NCBI GenBank assembly: GCA_964016885.1
Contig: OZ024740.1
Coordinates: 66,836,001-66,900,000 of the forward strand
Reading direction: 5' to 3'
From: Eledone cirrhosa
Taxonomy: Eukaryota
DNA: 64,000 nt
The notes under the pieces: generated by a model
Databases searched by the model: none
Seen by the model: the letters and a program-made list of their open reading frames with translations, nothing else
What the model was told of the DNA's origin: nothing
Translations under genes and position numbers: made by a program
Shown here: piece after piece, positions 13,471 through 27,300 of the stretch
Layout: each line of letters begins with the position of its first letter
How positions within the stretch are numbered: position 1 is the first letter of the stretch

Positions 13471-15360
13471 TTAGAATATACTTTAAGTCAATGATTAGAA
13501 CCTGAATGTACATTTGATTAGTTAGCTTAGTGTCTTCTTTTATCTGAAAAAGAAATTATAATAAGAACAATTTCCCCAAAAAAGTAGGAACTATTAATAG
13601 GTGTGTCCTCAAAGAACTGAGCAGACCCGTAATTGTGATTGAATACGTACTTATATCGTTTAAGTTATTTTGTTATGCGGGGGATGTTTGAGCTTCTTCT
13701 CTCGATAACATCATTCCTACAGAATTGATCAGATTATTTAACTTGTAGGTATGTGTAGAGCTTTGTGTTAGACAGTATTTCTAGCAGGGCCCTGTTTCAC
13801 AGAAATAGTCTTTTGAGCTGCTTGTTTCTGTGCAGGTGTTTACGTTCATCTCTGTTCACAGAGTTTCTTTTTCTTTTGTTTCTGTCTTCTCTTTCTCAAC
13901 GTAAATTTGGTTTCTATTTTGATATTATTGCTATTTCTTTTTCTTTTTTTCGATCGTTTCCTTATAACCATAATATATATGGTCGCTTGCAGTAACAGAC
14001 AAGCCTTTCAGTTCCGAGTTGATATATTTGGAGGACTATACTACTAAAGCACGTGTTACATCAATTTCGCATTTTCATTTCAATATATTCTGGCTACAAA
14101 ATTACCTCCAAATTCTAAATCAAACGCCTGTATTCCTTTTACAGTATGATTTATCCATGGATATATGATAATTCGTTTTTAAATAACATTGGTTATATAT
14201 ATTGTAATTAAGCTGTTATGTTTAGAGATCATTTCATATCGTTTATTTATATTGAATGTACATTTCCTTTCCATTTATCTGTCTCTGCATTTCATTTGTA
14301 ACTATTTTATTATCTTTATAGTTTTTAAACTCTCCATATATTGTATACCCATCACAAGATTTACGTATAATATAATGATTGTCGTGTGTTATTTTTGGTA
14401 TTGTTTTGTCATCTGTTTATGTCAAAACGTCCATTGCAGTATACTTTGTCAGTCCTGCATAATATATCAACCGTATAATTTATATGACACTTGTAATACA
14501 TAGAAATGACAACTGTACGTTCTCGTACTTATACACACTACTTATTTTTCTTGTAATGTTGGTTTTACTTTTTGTCATATCTTCGGACATATTTTACATT
14601 TAACTTTCTCTATTTCTATTCTATTCAGATATATTACATGTTTGCAATGTAGGAGATATTTCCGCCGATCCACTTAGCTTAGCATGCTGTAGCAGTTATT
14701 TAGCTTAGGATTTAATGTTTTCACAGTTTCTGCTGTTATTCCTCACTTTTCCAGCATAAATCTCTTTAATATTTCCTTGTTTTCTATGAATTAGAGGAAT
14801 TGAAGGCAGAAATCATTTTTTTTTTGTTTTGTTAATTTGTTGATTCACTTTTTATAGGAACAATCGCACTATTCTAATTTTGTGGTCGAGCGTCGCTGTA
14901 AAATATCCATTGTCCTTCTCAATAGTAATCTATTGCAGTCTATTTAAATATTATTATGATCTTCGATACATCATGGCATTGAATCCGATATGTGTAAACA
15001 TTGTAAATAGGTCAGTATCGATTTACAAATTATATTTACTTAAAATCTAACTGTGTGATATGAAATAAATTTGATCATTCCACAATATTTTTATACGGCA
15101 TTTGTTTGCTTTGTTATTCTGGAGCTATGTCTACATTGTTTTGCTTCATTTATCTTTGGATACTTATAAATCATATTCCCCTAGTGTCCATTTATGTCCT
15201 GTTTTGTTTTTGGATAAAAGGGTATTTTATTTTATTTAAATAATCACCATTGTGGGCAGTTATCGGTTTATTTATTTTTGGTGATGTCAAATTTTGCTCA
15301 CACAATTTATCGTATGTTTGTGCATCATGTTCAGAGTACACAGTTCACTAAACGATATAG

Positions 15361-15494
15361 TTCTTCTTCTTCTTCTTCTTCTTCTTCTTCTTCTTCTTCT
15401 TCTTCTTCTTCTTCTTCTTCTTCTTCTTCTTCTTCTTCTTCTTCTTCTTCTTCTTCTTCTTCTTCTTCTTCTTCTTCTTCTTCTTCTTCTTCTT

Positions 15495-15524
<30 letters not shown>
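15361..15524. repeat. pure (TTC)n/(GAA)n microsatellite, about 54 units
   Basis: Direct reading of the sequence. Confidence 0.97.
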
Positions 15525-15525
<1 letters not shown>

Positions 15526-16264
15526 ATGTATATTTCGAGGCTAGTAGTAAGCTCTTCTAACTGCTAAAACAGTTTACATAATATTTGACAACTTCTGAAA
15601 TAAACGCACCACATTAATAGCAACAATGAAAACATAAAATATAGACAATCATACAATACAATAAAGTCATAGACATTACTACTTTGGAGATTAGACAGAA
15701 GAAAATACAAACAAGCACATTTGATATGTAAATACATATCTGAACATGGGACAAATCTCCGAAATTTATAGAAAATAAGACATTGTTTGCGAAAGAATTG
15801 TGCCTCTATACATGAAGGTTTTATAGCGAAAGTATTAAGAAAATAAATGACATACATCTGCTGCTCCAAAATCGGATGGAATTCAGTGTAACCTACAATA
15901 ATAAATTAAAGAAATCCAATAAATTAAAAGAAATCCAATAAATTAAATAAATTAAAGATATCCAAAAGCTAGTTGAGTGGATGATAAACATGACTAGAAT
16001 TCGACATACAACCCAGGAATATGGGCAGTTCAATATGCAATGTCAAATACAAGAGCGCTATCGTAGAAGAGAATCGAGCCTGTTATGATTAGTTTCTATG
16101 TAATAACTTTTAAGCACATGACTATTTCTAGGAAAAAAATATATATATATTGATTACATATTTAAATTCTCGCTCAGGGCTGAAGTTAGAAAACACGTCG
16201 TTATCTAATAAATAAATTGTCAGACACAGACACAAATACACACACACACACACACACACGAACG

Positions 16265-16300
<36 letters not shown>

Positions 16301-16491
16301 GTTCGATATATTTCTCTATTGCCAGTGGTTTCATACAAATGTTTGTATCTGTGGAAACATTGGTAACATAAAAGTAAGACAAACAGTTAATATAAATAGA
16401 TTTAACATCCAGCTTGTGTTGAATGCTTTTTTAATTAGTTTGGATGCACACCTATACACACACACACATACATACACACGCATATATATAA

Positions 16492-16562
<71 letters not shown>

Positions 16563-17136
16563 AAGAATAGAGGGAAAAAATACAGCGTTGTCTCATAGCA
16601 TTTAACAACATATTACATATGTTCCACTGCCGATCAGCTTGAGGAACGATTTGTTATTGATTGAACCACCTTAATCTGGAATCAAAAGATCCTCAGATAT
16701 ACCTCAATATGCAAGCTCATCTCTGGTTTTGTGTGAATATCTCCCGTACCTTGTTATATTTACCACATTTCAACACCGTTGTATTCTGCGGTCTCCACTC
16801 ATTGGTTCTTTATTCATCCTAATATCGGATTATTTACAAAACAACGTCTGTCCTTCATCAAATGAGGTCGTGGAGTTCATTCATGCAACATTTATTTGAA
16901 GTGTTCGTTAGGCTATAAGTCATACATAGGATGTGTTAGTGTTGTCAGATAGGAGAAAGAGAAACAATTATAAACAGGACATGAAAGACGAGACAAATAC
17001 GGACGAGCACTCACATACTCACATATGTATGTACGCACATATCCACCCACTCACACACATAACCACATACGCACACTCACATGCATATATATATATATAT
17101 ATATATATATTCACACACACACATACACATATATAT

Positions 17137-17167
<31 letters not shown>

Positions 17168-17209
17168 CACACACACAAACATACATATACGCACACATCT
17201 ATCTATCTA

Positions 17210-17271
<62 letters not shown>

Positions 17272-17543
17272 CACACGCACTTACCCATATACACACGCAA
17301 AGACCCCTCCCTGGTATTGCACAAATACCTACATACACTCACGTATACAAATAGATGTAGGCACGCACGTACACAACCACCACGCCTATATGTGTCCCCA
17401 TCTACATATAAAGTTGCTAACACCTATATACACGCATATATACAGATAAACAAACACTAACTAACTCGCATTCACATACACCCACCGCTACCCCTACCCA
17501 CACAGGCGCCCTCATATACAAGTATACAGGTCTATACCTATAA

Positions 17544-17626
<83 letters not shown>

Positions 17627-17639
17627 GATATATATAAAT

Positions 17640-17762
17640 GGAAAAGACTGAAACGAAATTTCATTTCTCACTCTTAGTACGGCTGATACCTAAATATAAG
17701 TATGTATACGTACATACATATATGTATACAGACGTACAGTAGTGTGTATATATATACATACA

Positions 17763-17817
<55 letters not shown>

Positions 17818-18605
17818 GTATGGGTTTACCGAACATTTATTATAATGCTCGGTTTGTTTCTAAATAAACAGCCCGAATTAAGCCGTACAGTGTTCGGCAA
17901 CCATCGTTGCCCTTTTGTTCAACACTGACAAAGGAATGATGAACTAATTGCAAGCTTATTAGCTATCGTCAGCACCGTATACCTTTCTGTCAGATGATTG
18001 AAGGTTTGAAAGTATATACTTTCCTTATGCATATTACCGGCTGAGCAGACTAATTTGCATATCGAGTGAGTTAGTCGTACTAAGAGTGCATGTATATATA
18101 TATATATATACATACTACTGTACGTATTTATACATATATGTATGTATACATATATGTATGTACTTATACATACTTATATTTAAGTATCAGCCGTACTAAG
18201 AGTGAGAAATGAAATTTCGTTTCATTCTTTTCCATGTATCGTTTTCGGTACGCCCGGCCGATTAACTCACTCGATATGCAAATTAGGCTGCTCACCCGTT
18301 AATATGCATAAGGAAAGTATATACATTCAAACGTTCAATCATCTGACAGGAATGTATATAATGCTGATGATAGCTAATAAGCTTGAAACTAGTTCATTGT
18401 TCCTTTTTCAGTGTTGAACAAAAGGGCAACGATGGTTGCCGAACACTGTACGGCTTAATTCGGGCTGTTTGTTTACAAACAAAGCGCACATTATAATAAA
18501 TGTTCGGTAAACCCATACGTATACATATATATGTGTGTACATGTATGTATATATATACATACTACTGTACGTCTGTATATATATATATGTATGTACTTAT
18601 ACATA

Positions 18606-18610
<5 letters not shown>
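17640..18610. mobile_element. family A HHR-bearing short repeat, two copies in inverted orientation
   Basis: 17640-18090 and 18100-18610 are reverse-complementary versions of the ~440 bp unit also seen at 27920-29600. Confidence 0.85.
18359..18399 (+). ncRNA. type-I hammerhead ribozyme motif (family A, core intact)
   Basis: taatg-CTGATGA-t agct aata agct t-GAAA-C TA G-TT-cattg. Stem I aatg/catt, palindromic ACTAGT stem III, GUU triplet. Confidence 0.75.
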
Positions 18611-18645
<35 letters not shown>

Positions 18646-18649
<4 letters not shown>

Positions 18650-19032
18650 TAAAGGGAAAATAAAATGGTAACAAATTTTTCCCACTGAAAAATATTTTAA
18701 TTAAGAATATATATAAATTAGTAATAAGTATTGGTTAGTATTCAGTTTTAGTTTTAAGTTTTTACTGGTTCCGCATTTCTAATACTTTTCAAAAATAATT
18801 TTGAGATAGAGCGCCCGTGATGTTTGCTCTAATTGAAGAATTTCCAAAACTGATCAGAAGCGCTTTATCTCAAAATTATTTTTGAAAAGCATTAGAAATG
18901 CGCAACCGGTAAAAACTTAAAACTAAAACTGAATACTAACCAATACTTATTACTAATTTATACTTATTCCTAATTAAACTATTTTTCACTGGGAAAAATT
19001 TGTCACCATTTTCTTTTCCTTTTACTAATATA
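18646..19032. repeat. ~390 bp imperfect palindrome next to TA tracts
   Basis: Arms ~18646-18813 and ~18860-19032 are reverse complements with scattered mismatches. Confidence 0.9.
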
Positions 19033-19063
19033 TCACAACTCGTGTGTTACACATCTATTTTTT

Positions 19064-19135
<72 letters not shown>

Positions 19136-19869
19136 ATCTATACATCTATAATATATATATAATCAGTTGACGGAACTAGCATAGGTTTCACTACTAGGAC
19201 CGGTAGCATCTCAGGGTACCCAATAGGTAATGTTGAATAAACACCCAGAGTATGCACATAGTTATTCGCTTCAATACAACGCACGTGAATGGGTACCTTC
19301 AATTATTCCCGTACACGAGTTTCGGCTACACTTAATGCAGCAGTAGAGTGCACATAACCTTCTGTCCGCATTTATTATGCCACAATTCACAATCGGCGCA
19401 TGAGGTTCCATCATCGAGTTTCGCCTAATCACTAACCAATTGATCGAAAGAATTCTATTCCGGTCCGTGCCGCCGATGAATTTATGTAACTGCCAAAACA
19501 GTAAAACGTTAGCAACTGAAATATGTGCGCGTCATCACAAAGCCGTCACCCGATTGGCTACCGATTCAGAAATATACGTGATGGCACCAGACGAAATTCA
19601 AATAGTTCCGCTCTCGTTATAAGCACTCAGCCATAGTGTCTCAAACACAAATTAACAAGTTATTGAAAATTTGGTTATTAGAAAAGTTCAGTCTACAATC
19701 ACTGTACAATAGAATGGTAACATTCGGCTCTTGTCTCCAATTCTCATGGCGGGCATTAAATGCCAACCGGCGATTGGACAGCGTTATAATGTTAGCGCGC
19801 TGTTTGAATTCTAGATATTTCGTCCAGCCCCGTGAATAAACCACTCAATTTATATATATATATTCAATT

Positions 19870-20200
19870 TATTCAATTTATTAAAATTTCCGGTTGGTTG
19901 GTTCGATAACCGAAAGGTTGTCTATATATCGCCAAGGCCCTTTTCGTCACACATTATGTGACCTCCTTAGTGACTAGGTTTTTATTTTTTGTGTCTCTCC
20001 TTCTTTCTGTCCTACACCATTTTGTTTTTATGTGATGTGAACCAGCCAATCGACCGGAAACTTATAATAAATTGATGTAACACCTGACAGATGCGCGGTG
20101 TTTTTATTGGCAGTATGACCCTCACAAAGTATTAAAATATATGTTTCTACACGCGTTCTAGATAAGAAATCTCGCGAAACAAATTCAAAAACCAATGATA
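19870..20200. mobile_element. family B short repeat, inverted half joined to forward half (decayed HHR on minus strand)
   Basis: Homologous to 23845-24085 and 41503-42073. Minus strand reads gtca-CTAAGGA-g gtcaca..tgtgac-GAAA (G5 mutated). Confidence 0.75.
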
Positions 20201-20316
20201 TATATATCTGCTGCAAAATCAAAACAAGATATTTTTGCGAACAATGAATCTTGATGTCGATTTAACCCCCAAATCTCTTTCCAAACTATATAAGGAACAC
20301 TTGTGACCGTTTATGC

Positions 20317-20351
20317 CCTTGAGAAGCCCAACTGGGCGAAACGTACGTAGG
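20317..20351 (+). ncRNA. minimal hammerhead motif, U3-A8 core variant
   Basis: cc-TTGAGAA-gccc aact gggc-GAAA-C GTAC G-TA-gg. Palindromic GTAC loop, GUA triplet; stem I is very short. Confidence 0.6.
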
Positions 20352-20568
20352 TGATATTTTCAATAAACATGTTTTAACGGTCTATTCTCCGATTTTTCAC
20401 TTTCCCACGTGCTTACGCTCGGCTAACTCTCTAGCCCACTAAATATTAACACTTCGAATATTTAATACTGCCGGCACTAGTATCGAGCACCTTTGGCATA
20501 CGCTACTTGGCAAATAACTATATGTATCACCTATCCCTCATTTTTTTCTCTCTTTCTCGATACGTAAA

Positions 20569-20660
<92 letters not shown>

Positions 20661-20892
20661 ATACTTGGGGAGGGTCATATTTGTATATGTATTATTTTTG
20701 ACCGTTGGTCAGTCAATGGCAACATTGAGGACCGAAAAAATTAGATTACCGATATAAAAGACACAGAAGCGAAAAGCGAAAACCAACCAAACAGTGAGTG
20801 TGTTCTGTTATTAATTCTGGCAATATTAGACAAATATGACCCTCCCCAAGTATAACAATATTTGTTTCGACACACGATTTCATATCAAAAAC

Positions 20893-20961
<69 letters not shown>

Positions 20962-21119
20962 GATAACAAGTTATCGTTTTAGATAATCCAGTTAGAGGTT
21001 GTGAGTTATCTGTACTATGGATTGTTTGTACGGCGTTGTTTGACAAGACAGGATGTTACCTTAGTGAGGTAGCGAGTTTACGGGAATTCCCATGCCGGTC
21101 ATTCTTGGAGTAATAGTAG

Positions 21120-21432
21120 TGAAAGAGTGAAGAATAAAATGGTCGGCTGTACAAACACGCTGTACTGAAAGGGTTTTCTTTACACTATTAACAATTTGTT
21201 CATTGATCAGGTGAGCCTACAGGCCGCTAATCACTCGAAATTGCGTCACTCGACCTTAAATGCAGTGTTTACATCTGATCAAATCATTGGAATACTGGAG
21301 GGTGCAAACGGTCACGTGACGCAACTTCGAGGGATTAGCGGCCTTTAGACCCACCTGATCAAGGAAACAACTGTTAATACTGTAAATAAAACCCTTTCAG
21401 TACAGCCGACTATGTTATTCTTCACTCTTTCA
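21120..21432. repeat. imperfect ~310 bp inverted repeat of a PLE pLTR-like sequence related to 60250-60420
   Basis: GAAAGAGTGAAGAATA..GTCGGCTGTAC is mirrored by GTACAGCCGAC..TATTCTTCACTCTTTC. Right arm has a GAAACAACTGTT remnant. Confidence 0.8.
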
Positions 21433-21434
21433 TT

Positions 21435-21493
<59 letters not shown>

Positions 21494-21600
21494 ACCTCAC
21501 ACGCATATACATGCATTCATATACATATATACACGCACATACATGTATTTATACACATACACATACAAATACAAATAAATATATAACAATATATATATAT

Positions 21601-21715
21601 ATAGGAAAATGTATGACCCCGACGGCAGAGCTCAAGCCGTTTCGACGGGTATTTCAGTCCAGAAATAGCCGTCGAAATGGCTTGAGCTCTGCCGCCGGGG
21701 TCATACATTTTCCTA
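21601..21715. repeat. GC-rich near-perfect hairpin (~55 bp arms); related half copy at 22065-22118
   Basis: ATAGGAAAATGTATGACCCCGACGGCAGAGCTCAAGCCGTTTCGACGG is mirrored by CCGTCGAAATGGCTTGAGCTCTGCCGCCGGGGTCATACATTTTCCTAT. Confidence 0.9.
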
Positions 21716-21792
21716 TTACACACTCTACTACCCTAAGTATTGAGTACTCTGGTGCGTTATGGTCCATCTGGTTCCTTACCACAACTCCTTCG

Positions 21793-21867
<75 letters not shown>

Positions 21868-22117
21868 TATATATGTACTTATGTAGATGTGGATGTGTGT
21901 GTGTATATATTTATATTTGCGTGTGTACGGGTAAGGATGTGTATATATATATATATATATATGTGTGGGTGTGTGTGTATGTACATGTTTGGTTATATGC
22001 ACCTGTATTTGTATACACGCACATGCATGTATGCATGTGTTTGTCTATTGGTTTAGATCGGATCTAGCTGTCGAAACGGCCGGAGCTCAGCCGTCGGGAT
22101 CCTGACACTTTTCCCAT

Positions 22118-22149
<32 letters not shown>

Positions 22150-22359
22150 GTATATATATATTAAGTATGTTTTGAAACAGCGAGCAAGTTTGAAATTAGA
22201 AAATAGAAGCTTTCACCCTATTTTTTTACTGAAGAAATGTTAGCCTGATAGTGGGGTTTAGAACCCCCAGAGAAATGGAAAAAAAAAAATATATATATAT
22301 ATATAAGGAAAAAAGATGAAATCGAAAATGCAACTGGAGTCTTATATATTTATTTGGTT

Positions 22360-22392
22360 CCTTACCGGTTTCGCAGTTCTGCTTTTCAAAAG
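22360..22392 (-). ncRNA. hammerhead motif, U3-A8 variant, in a pLTR-like repeat also at 59140-59290
   Basis: Minus strand: ctt-TTGAAAA-gcag aa ctgc-GAAA-C CG G-TA-agg. Confidence 0.55.
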
Positions 22393-22430
22393 TAGAATTG
22401 AGATGGAGGGTTTGTGGCAGTTCTCACATC

Positions 22431-22489
<59 letters not shown>

Positions 22490-22534
22490 ACACCTATATT
22501 TACATATACACCCTCACACACATATACATTACCC

Positions 22535-22880
22535 CAGTGAATTACTGGTACTTTATTTTGTCGACCTCTTAAGGATGAAAGGCATAGTTAACCTCGGCGG
22601 GATTTGTACTCAGATTGTAAAAGCATGTGACTCCACGCTGCAAAGCATGGCGTCCGGCCTTCTAGCGATACTGCCAATCCATAAAATAATAATTGTTTCT
22701 ATTTTAGGCACAAGGCCAGCAATATCCCAGTGCATTACTGGTACTTTATTTTATCGACCCCGTAAGGATGAAAGGCAAAGTCAACCTCGGCGGGATTTGA
22801 ACTGAGATCGTAAAGGGACGTAACTATGCTGGAAAGCATGGCGTCCGACCCTCTACCAATACTGCCAATCCACCAATCCA
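22535..22880 (-). mobile_element. two tandem family S1 tRNA-derived SINEs
   Basis: Each has a minus-strand TGGCAGTAT.G.TAG A-box-like head, a B-box-like segment (GTTCAAATCC in the right copy) and the S1 core. Confidence 0.8.
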
Positions 22881-23199
22881 TAAAATAATAATGATGATAG
22901 TAAAGTAAAGTAATACCATAATACATATATATGTATGTCCACGCGTGGTATTACACTTACAACCACACATGCATATACACACGATACACATGTATGGGTA
23001 TACTATCGCTTTAAAGTGATATATGCAGGATTCGAACAAATAAAATAAAGATCGGTCATTTAGAGAGGTGAACAGGTGTCAATAAATTTAGGATTATACA
23101 ATCAGAATGAATGAATGGTCAACAGTCACTGCATTGCTCGTAAGAAAGAGATACCAGTTGACAGATAGATATGATTAGAATTTCGTGATATATGTCCGT

Positions 23200-23560
23200 C
23201 TTCAATGTGTGAGACGTTGTGCGCAGTACTCCTTCACTCCTATCCGGGAAAATCTAGTGCAGAAAATGTGCAATTCCGGTTGTGCCTGCATACCATGATG
23301 ATCTCAGATTTGTGGTTAACTGAATTATTTTTTTTAATCCTACTATCTCTATGGCTTTGGCCTCACATAGCTTGCATCGTCCATCACTCAGGGAATAGGC
23401 AGCTGCACGTAGCACTATACTCCAGTGGAGATTGTAGTCCATGCCGCTATCTTTCAGCCCCCTGACTAAGACTACTGGAGTGTCTCTTATTCCTTGAACG
23501 AATTGCTACGGTTGTACATCATCGACTTAAAGGTCGTAGATGCTGCACCGATATAGTTGT
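23200..23560 (-). mobile_element. Penelope-like element GIY-YIG C-terminal remnant
   Basis: TTFKS..YN..NSFK followed by YNLHWSIVLRAAAYSLSDGRCKLC, paralleling the C-termini at 32680-32871 and 61449-61703. Confidence 0.65.
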
Positions 23561-23867
23561 GCAATTACAAGTCGGGGTGCCAGGTTGCCTGCACGTGACC
23601 CACAGGGGAGAGCCCGTTGTGACTTTCCTGCGCTTCCTCCATGCCGGCCCATGGGCGCAGTGGATGCCACGTTCGAGGCCAAATTCGGCCGAGTGCCCAG
23701 GTCACGGCACTCGGTTGCAGACGTCCTAATGTGGGGTGGCTCGTAGTCGGTGCCTGGATCATTAAGCGCACCCCCAGATACACCGGACAGATTTCCTGTC
23801 AGCTGTTGGTGACACTAAAAATTCCTCATTTTCATGGAAATGGTGTTAACAACAAAATAAAAATCCA

Positions 23868-23910
23868 GTCACTGAGGATGTCAGAGAACGTGTGACGAAA
23901 GATCTTTGAC
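23868..23910 (+). ncRNA. type-I hammerhead motif (family B, within repeat 23845-24085)
   Basis: gtca-CTGAGGA-t gtca gagaacgtg tgac-GAAA-G AT C-TT-tgac. Palindromic AGATCT stem III. Confidence 0.7.
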
Positions 23911-26553
23911 AAAATATAAACAAGCATCCCGTTATCGGACCAACCAACCGGAAATTTATAATAAATTGAAGTGAAAACCAACAGGTGCGTGTATTATTAT
24001 TGGCAGCATGACAAAAAAGTATAACAATACATGTTTCAACATACGTCTTCAGATAAGAAAGCTTGCAAAACAAATTCAAAAACGAAGTATAGATAGATAG
24101 ATAGATAGATTTTTCTTACATTTGAGATAATAAACATGAACCTTGTCAAAACCTCTCTTAGAGATGCCAGAGCTTTGTGGTTTGTGTATAGTTTATAATT
24201 TTCTCAGCGAGGCTAATCATGTGTTTCATTATATGTGTCATATATGATATCCATACAAACATTTATCATAAATCTTTGTGTCTCTATATATGTATGTGGG
24301 CTTGTGTCTATAGTTTATATGTGCGTGTATATGTTGGGTTAAACAAGGCAAGATTTTAATCAAAGCAATATATCACGAAAAGTGAATAGAAGAATATAGT
24401 ATGTTCTTTAGACATTGGATATATCTCAGTGTAAATCAGAAATATATTAAGAAATTAGATTATGGTTGCTTTACTTATTACCAAGAAAGTTATTAGATCA
24501 GTTCAGTGCAGCTAATTTAGTTACACGTTGTCCTCCTGAAATAAGATTGCCTACTGACAGCGATGATATCTGCTTCAGATTCTTAATGTAGATGCGATGT
24601 TCACTTTTAATCTAACTGTCTTCTATAATCAATAGGCACACTTCGTTCGAACGTCTTTTGAGAGTTTAGATAAATAAAATGCCAACAAAGACAAACTTCA
24701 GAATGAAAATAACGCTTCTCGGTTTTATTGAAATGTATATTGTATCATGAAGTTTGGTATTTGAAAAAGTTCTCTAACAAAATATATAATAAGACAAACT
24801 TGTGGTTGACGAAAGGAAAGCACTTAAAACTGCAAGGAGATTGACGCCGTTTATATTATTTTAATTGTTGGTGTACGTGTTATTAGATGATTGAAGCGAC
24901 AGCTTTCTTATCTGATCATGTGATTTTCCGATGAAGGAAATTACTTTTTGTACTGATACATGAAAATAGATCCTACCCAATAATTTAAATTCCTGTATTT
25001 TACTGTGGTTATTGTTTCATTATATTCTTAAATTCCTTAGCAGAAGTTTGACATTTCTGTTATTTTAGAATACGTAAAATATATATATATATATATTGGT
25101 CTCAGACAAATTAGGGTAGTTCTTCCATCCGATATATACTTAAACTTGTTCAATGCAATGTGGCCACGCATTACAGGATCATCTTATGTTTATTCACATG
25201 GCTACATCTCACATTAACTGTCCAACTAACTAACTCTACATCTTTATTATATCCACATACACTGTCAGGAGATATATTTACTTGTTCAGTTTGGACATTT
25301 CCTTATTCCCTCATTATACATTTTTCCAGAATAGATACCGGGAAAATCAATATCAGTGACAACATTCGAAATATTAAGCGAAATTCTGTCTCGCTTAATA
25401 ATATATATTATTGGTATAAAAAAGGACAAATAACACAATTCTGGTTTCTAATGAACAAAAGTAATATATTACAAAAGAACTGTCATCTTTAATTGTATAG
25501 ATTTGTTTCGTTAATGGCAATAAACTTTTGATTCTTTGAATAGTTATAGTCTGTTATGGCTTTAACAAGCTTGAAAGTTTTTAAAGGTGAAATTATAGCA
25601 GATCTATAGCCAACTCAGAAATATATACGTTTTTACAAAGATCATTATGAATATATTCCTTTCAGTTTGAGTTAATTCCACTCTCAATTTTGTTATTCAT
25701 GGAAGGTCACAATACATTATATATCTGCATCCTACATATCATATGAGACAGAATATCTACAGTGTTGGTCTAAGGTGTATTTGGCTATCTCCTTACTTTA
25801 TTTAGTTTCCAAAGACAGTGAGATATATACTTAAAGCATGTGGTTCAATTTCAATAATCTAACATAAATATGATATGCTATAAACATTTTTAAAAAAACG
25901 CACATATGGCATTACCACTTCCGCAGCTACATTCTGTGCTAATAAATTACAATGATCTATAATATCAACACTGCAAAACAATGGAAGCGCCTTTATATTT
26001 ATTACACGTCTTTAGCCAAATAGTATCTTCATACATATCGTCCTAAAACTGCTCATTACACTCTTCGAAAGCGATGAACATATAATATTTTAATTCTCAA
26101 TATAAATACGAACAGAAAAAAACGGAATTGTCACAGCAGGAAGGTTAAGTTGTCAACAGGTGGATTAACAGAATGCATTAAATAAGCGTGAACGTAAATA
26201 AAACCCCTTAACACACTTCCACTTCTCTTGGTTACAGGAAGCGTTAAGGCATGCAACACGTTCTGGAACAAAATCGATCGAAATAATCCTATGGGAAACA
26301 TGATGGAATAACATGTATATCTAATTTGCACAGTAAAACCCTGCACTGACACATCAAACGAATATAAATCAAAGAGACTAATTCTTGGAGATGCAAAGAG
26401 CTAAGTGCTTTTTTTCATTGACACATTGAAAAGTAACCACTACTCTCTTTATTGTTATTGCGCTAAGTCTATTGATTTGGAGATTACTATATGCTCTCCT
26501 AATAACATCCATACATAAGTTTTAAATTATCTTTATTCTTTTTATATTTACAG

Positions 26554-26730
26554 GTGTCGGTTTTGCAATGGTGATCATCAGTTGGTTTATAACACTTTAT
26601 TATAACGTCATCATCAGTCATACCATATATTACTTTTTTGCTTCAATGAAAAGCGAAGTTCCCTGGACTTCATGTAACAATTCATGGAACTCAGACAACT
26701 GCTTTGTTTTTGATGAAAACCGCCATAACA
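26554..26730 (+). CDS. internal exon of an SLC6 sodium:neurotransmitter symporter (TM3 and start of EL2; glycine/proline transporter-like)
   Basis: Pyrimidine tract + CAG acceptor, GTAAGT donor at 26731, 177 bp, phase 1/1. Translates (G)VGFAMVIISWFITLYYNVIISHTIYYFFASMKSEVPWTSCNNSWNSDNC, with the family motifs YYN.II and PW..C...WN...C. Confidence 0.95.
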
Positions 26731-27039
26731 GTAAGTTATTTGTTATAAATAATATATTATTTATTTGAATCATTTTCGAATACGATTATAATTAATTACA
26801 GTTTTCAATTGTTGATTATAGTCCTGTTATTATATGACTTATTTCATTCATTAGACTGTTAGAGATATATTACAAATATATTCCATTCGGGAGTTTATTA
26901 GATCTAATTTATTTGGAATGTGTCTTAATTGTCCAATCGCTAATTTTGTCTGTTTTACAGAACATATAGCCAAGTACATTTAAACGATACCGGTTACAGA
27001 TGTATAAACAGAAAGAAATCATGGGTATGTTCTGACCAT

Positions 27040-27152
<113 letters not shown>

Positions 27153-27176
27153 CAAACATACACACAAAGTAATCAC

Positions 27177-27300
27177 ACATGGCTGAGTGGTAAGAGAATT
27201 GGATTCGCAATCGTGAGCTTGAGTTCGATTCCACGACCGGGCGATGCATTATGTCCATGAGCAAGACATTTTATTTCACGTTGTTCCTTGTAGCTGGAGT
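27177..27300 (+). mobile_element. tRNA-derived SINE family S2
   Basis: A box TGGCTGAGTGG, B box GAGTTCGATTCC, then TGTCCATGAGCAAGACA. Inverted copy at 49940-50060. Confidence 0.8.

Noticed and set aside
19195-19240. HHR-like CTGAGA-T-GCTAC..GTAGT-GAAAC on the minus strand
   Set aside because: One core base is missing and there is no NUH triplet or stem I, so it is not counted.
24028-24058. Second, antisense HHR in family B (CTGAAGA..GAAACATGTA)
   Set aside because: Stem II is not credible and the motif is not conserved in the 20140 or 42020 copies.
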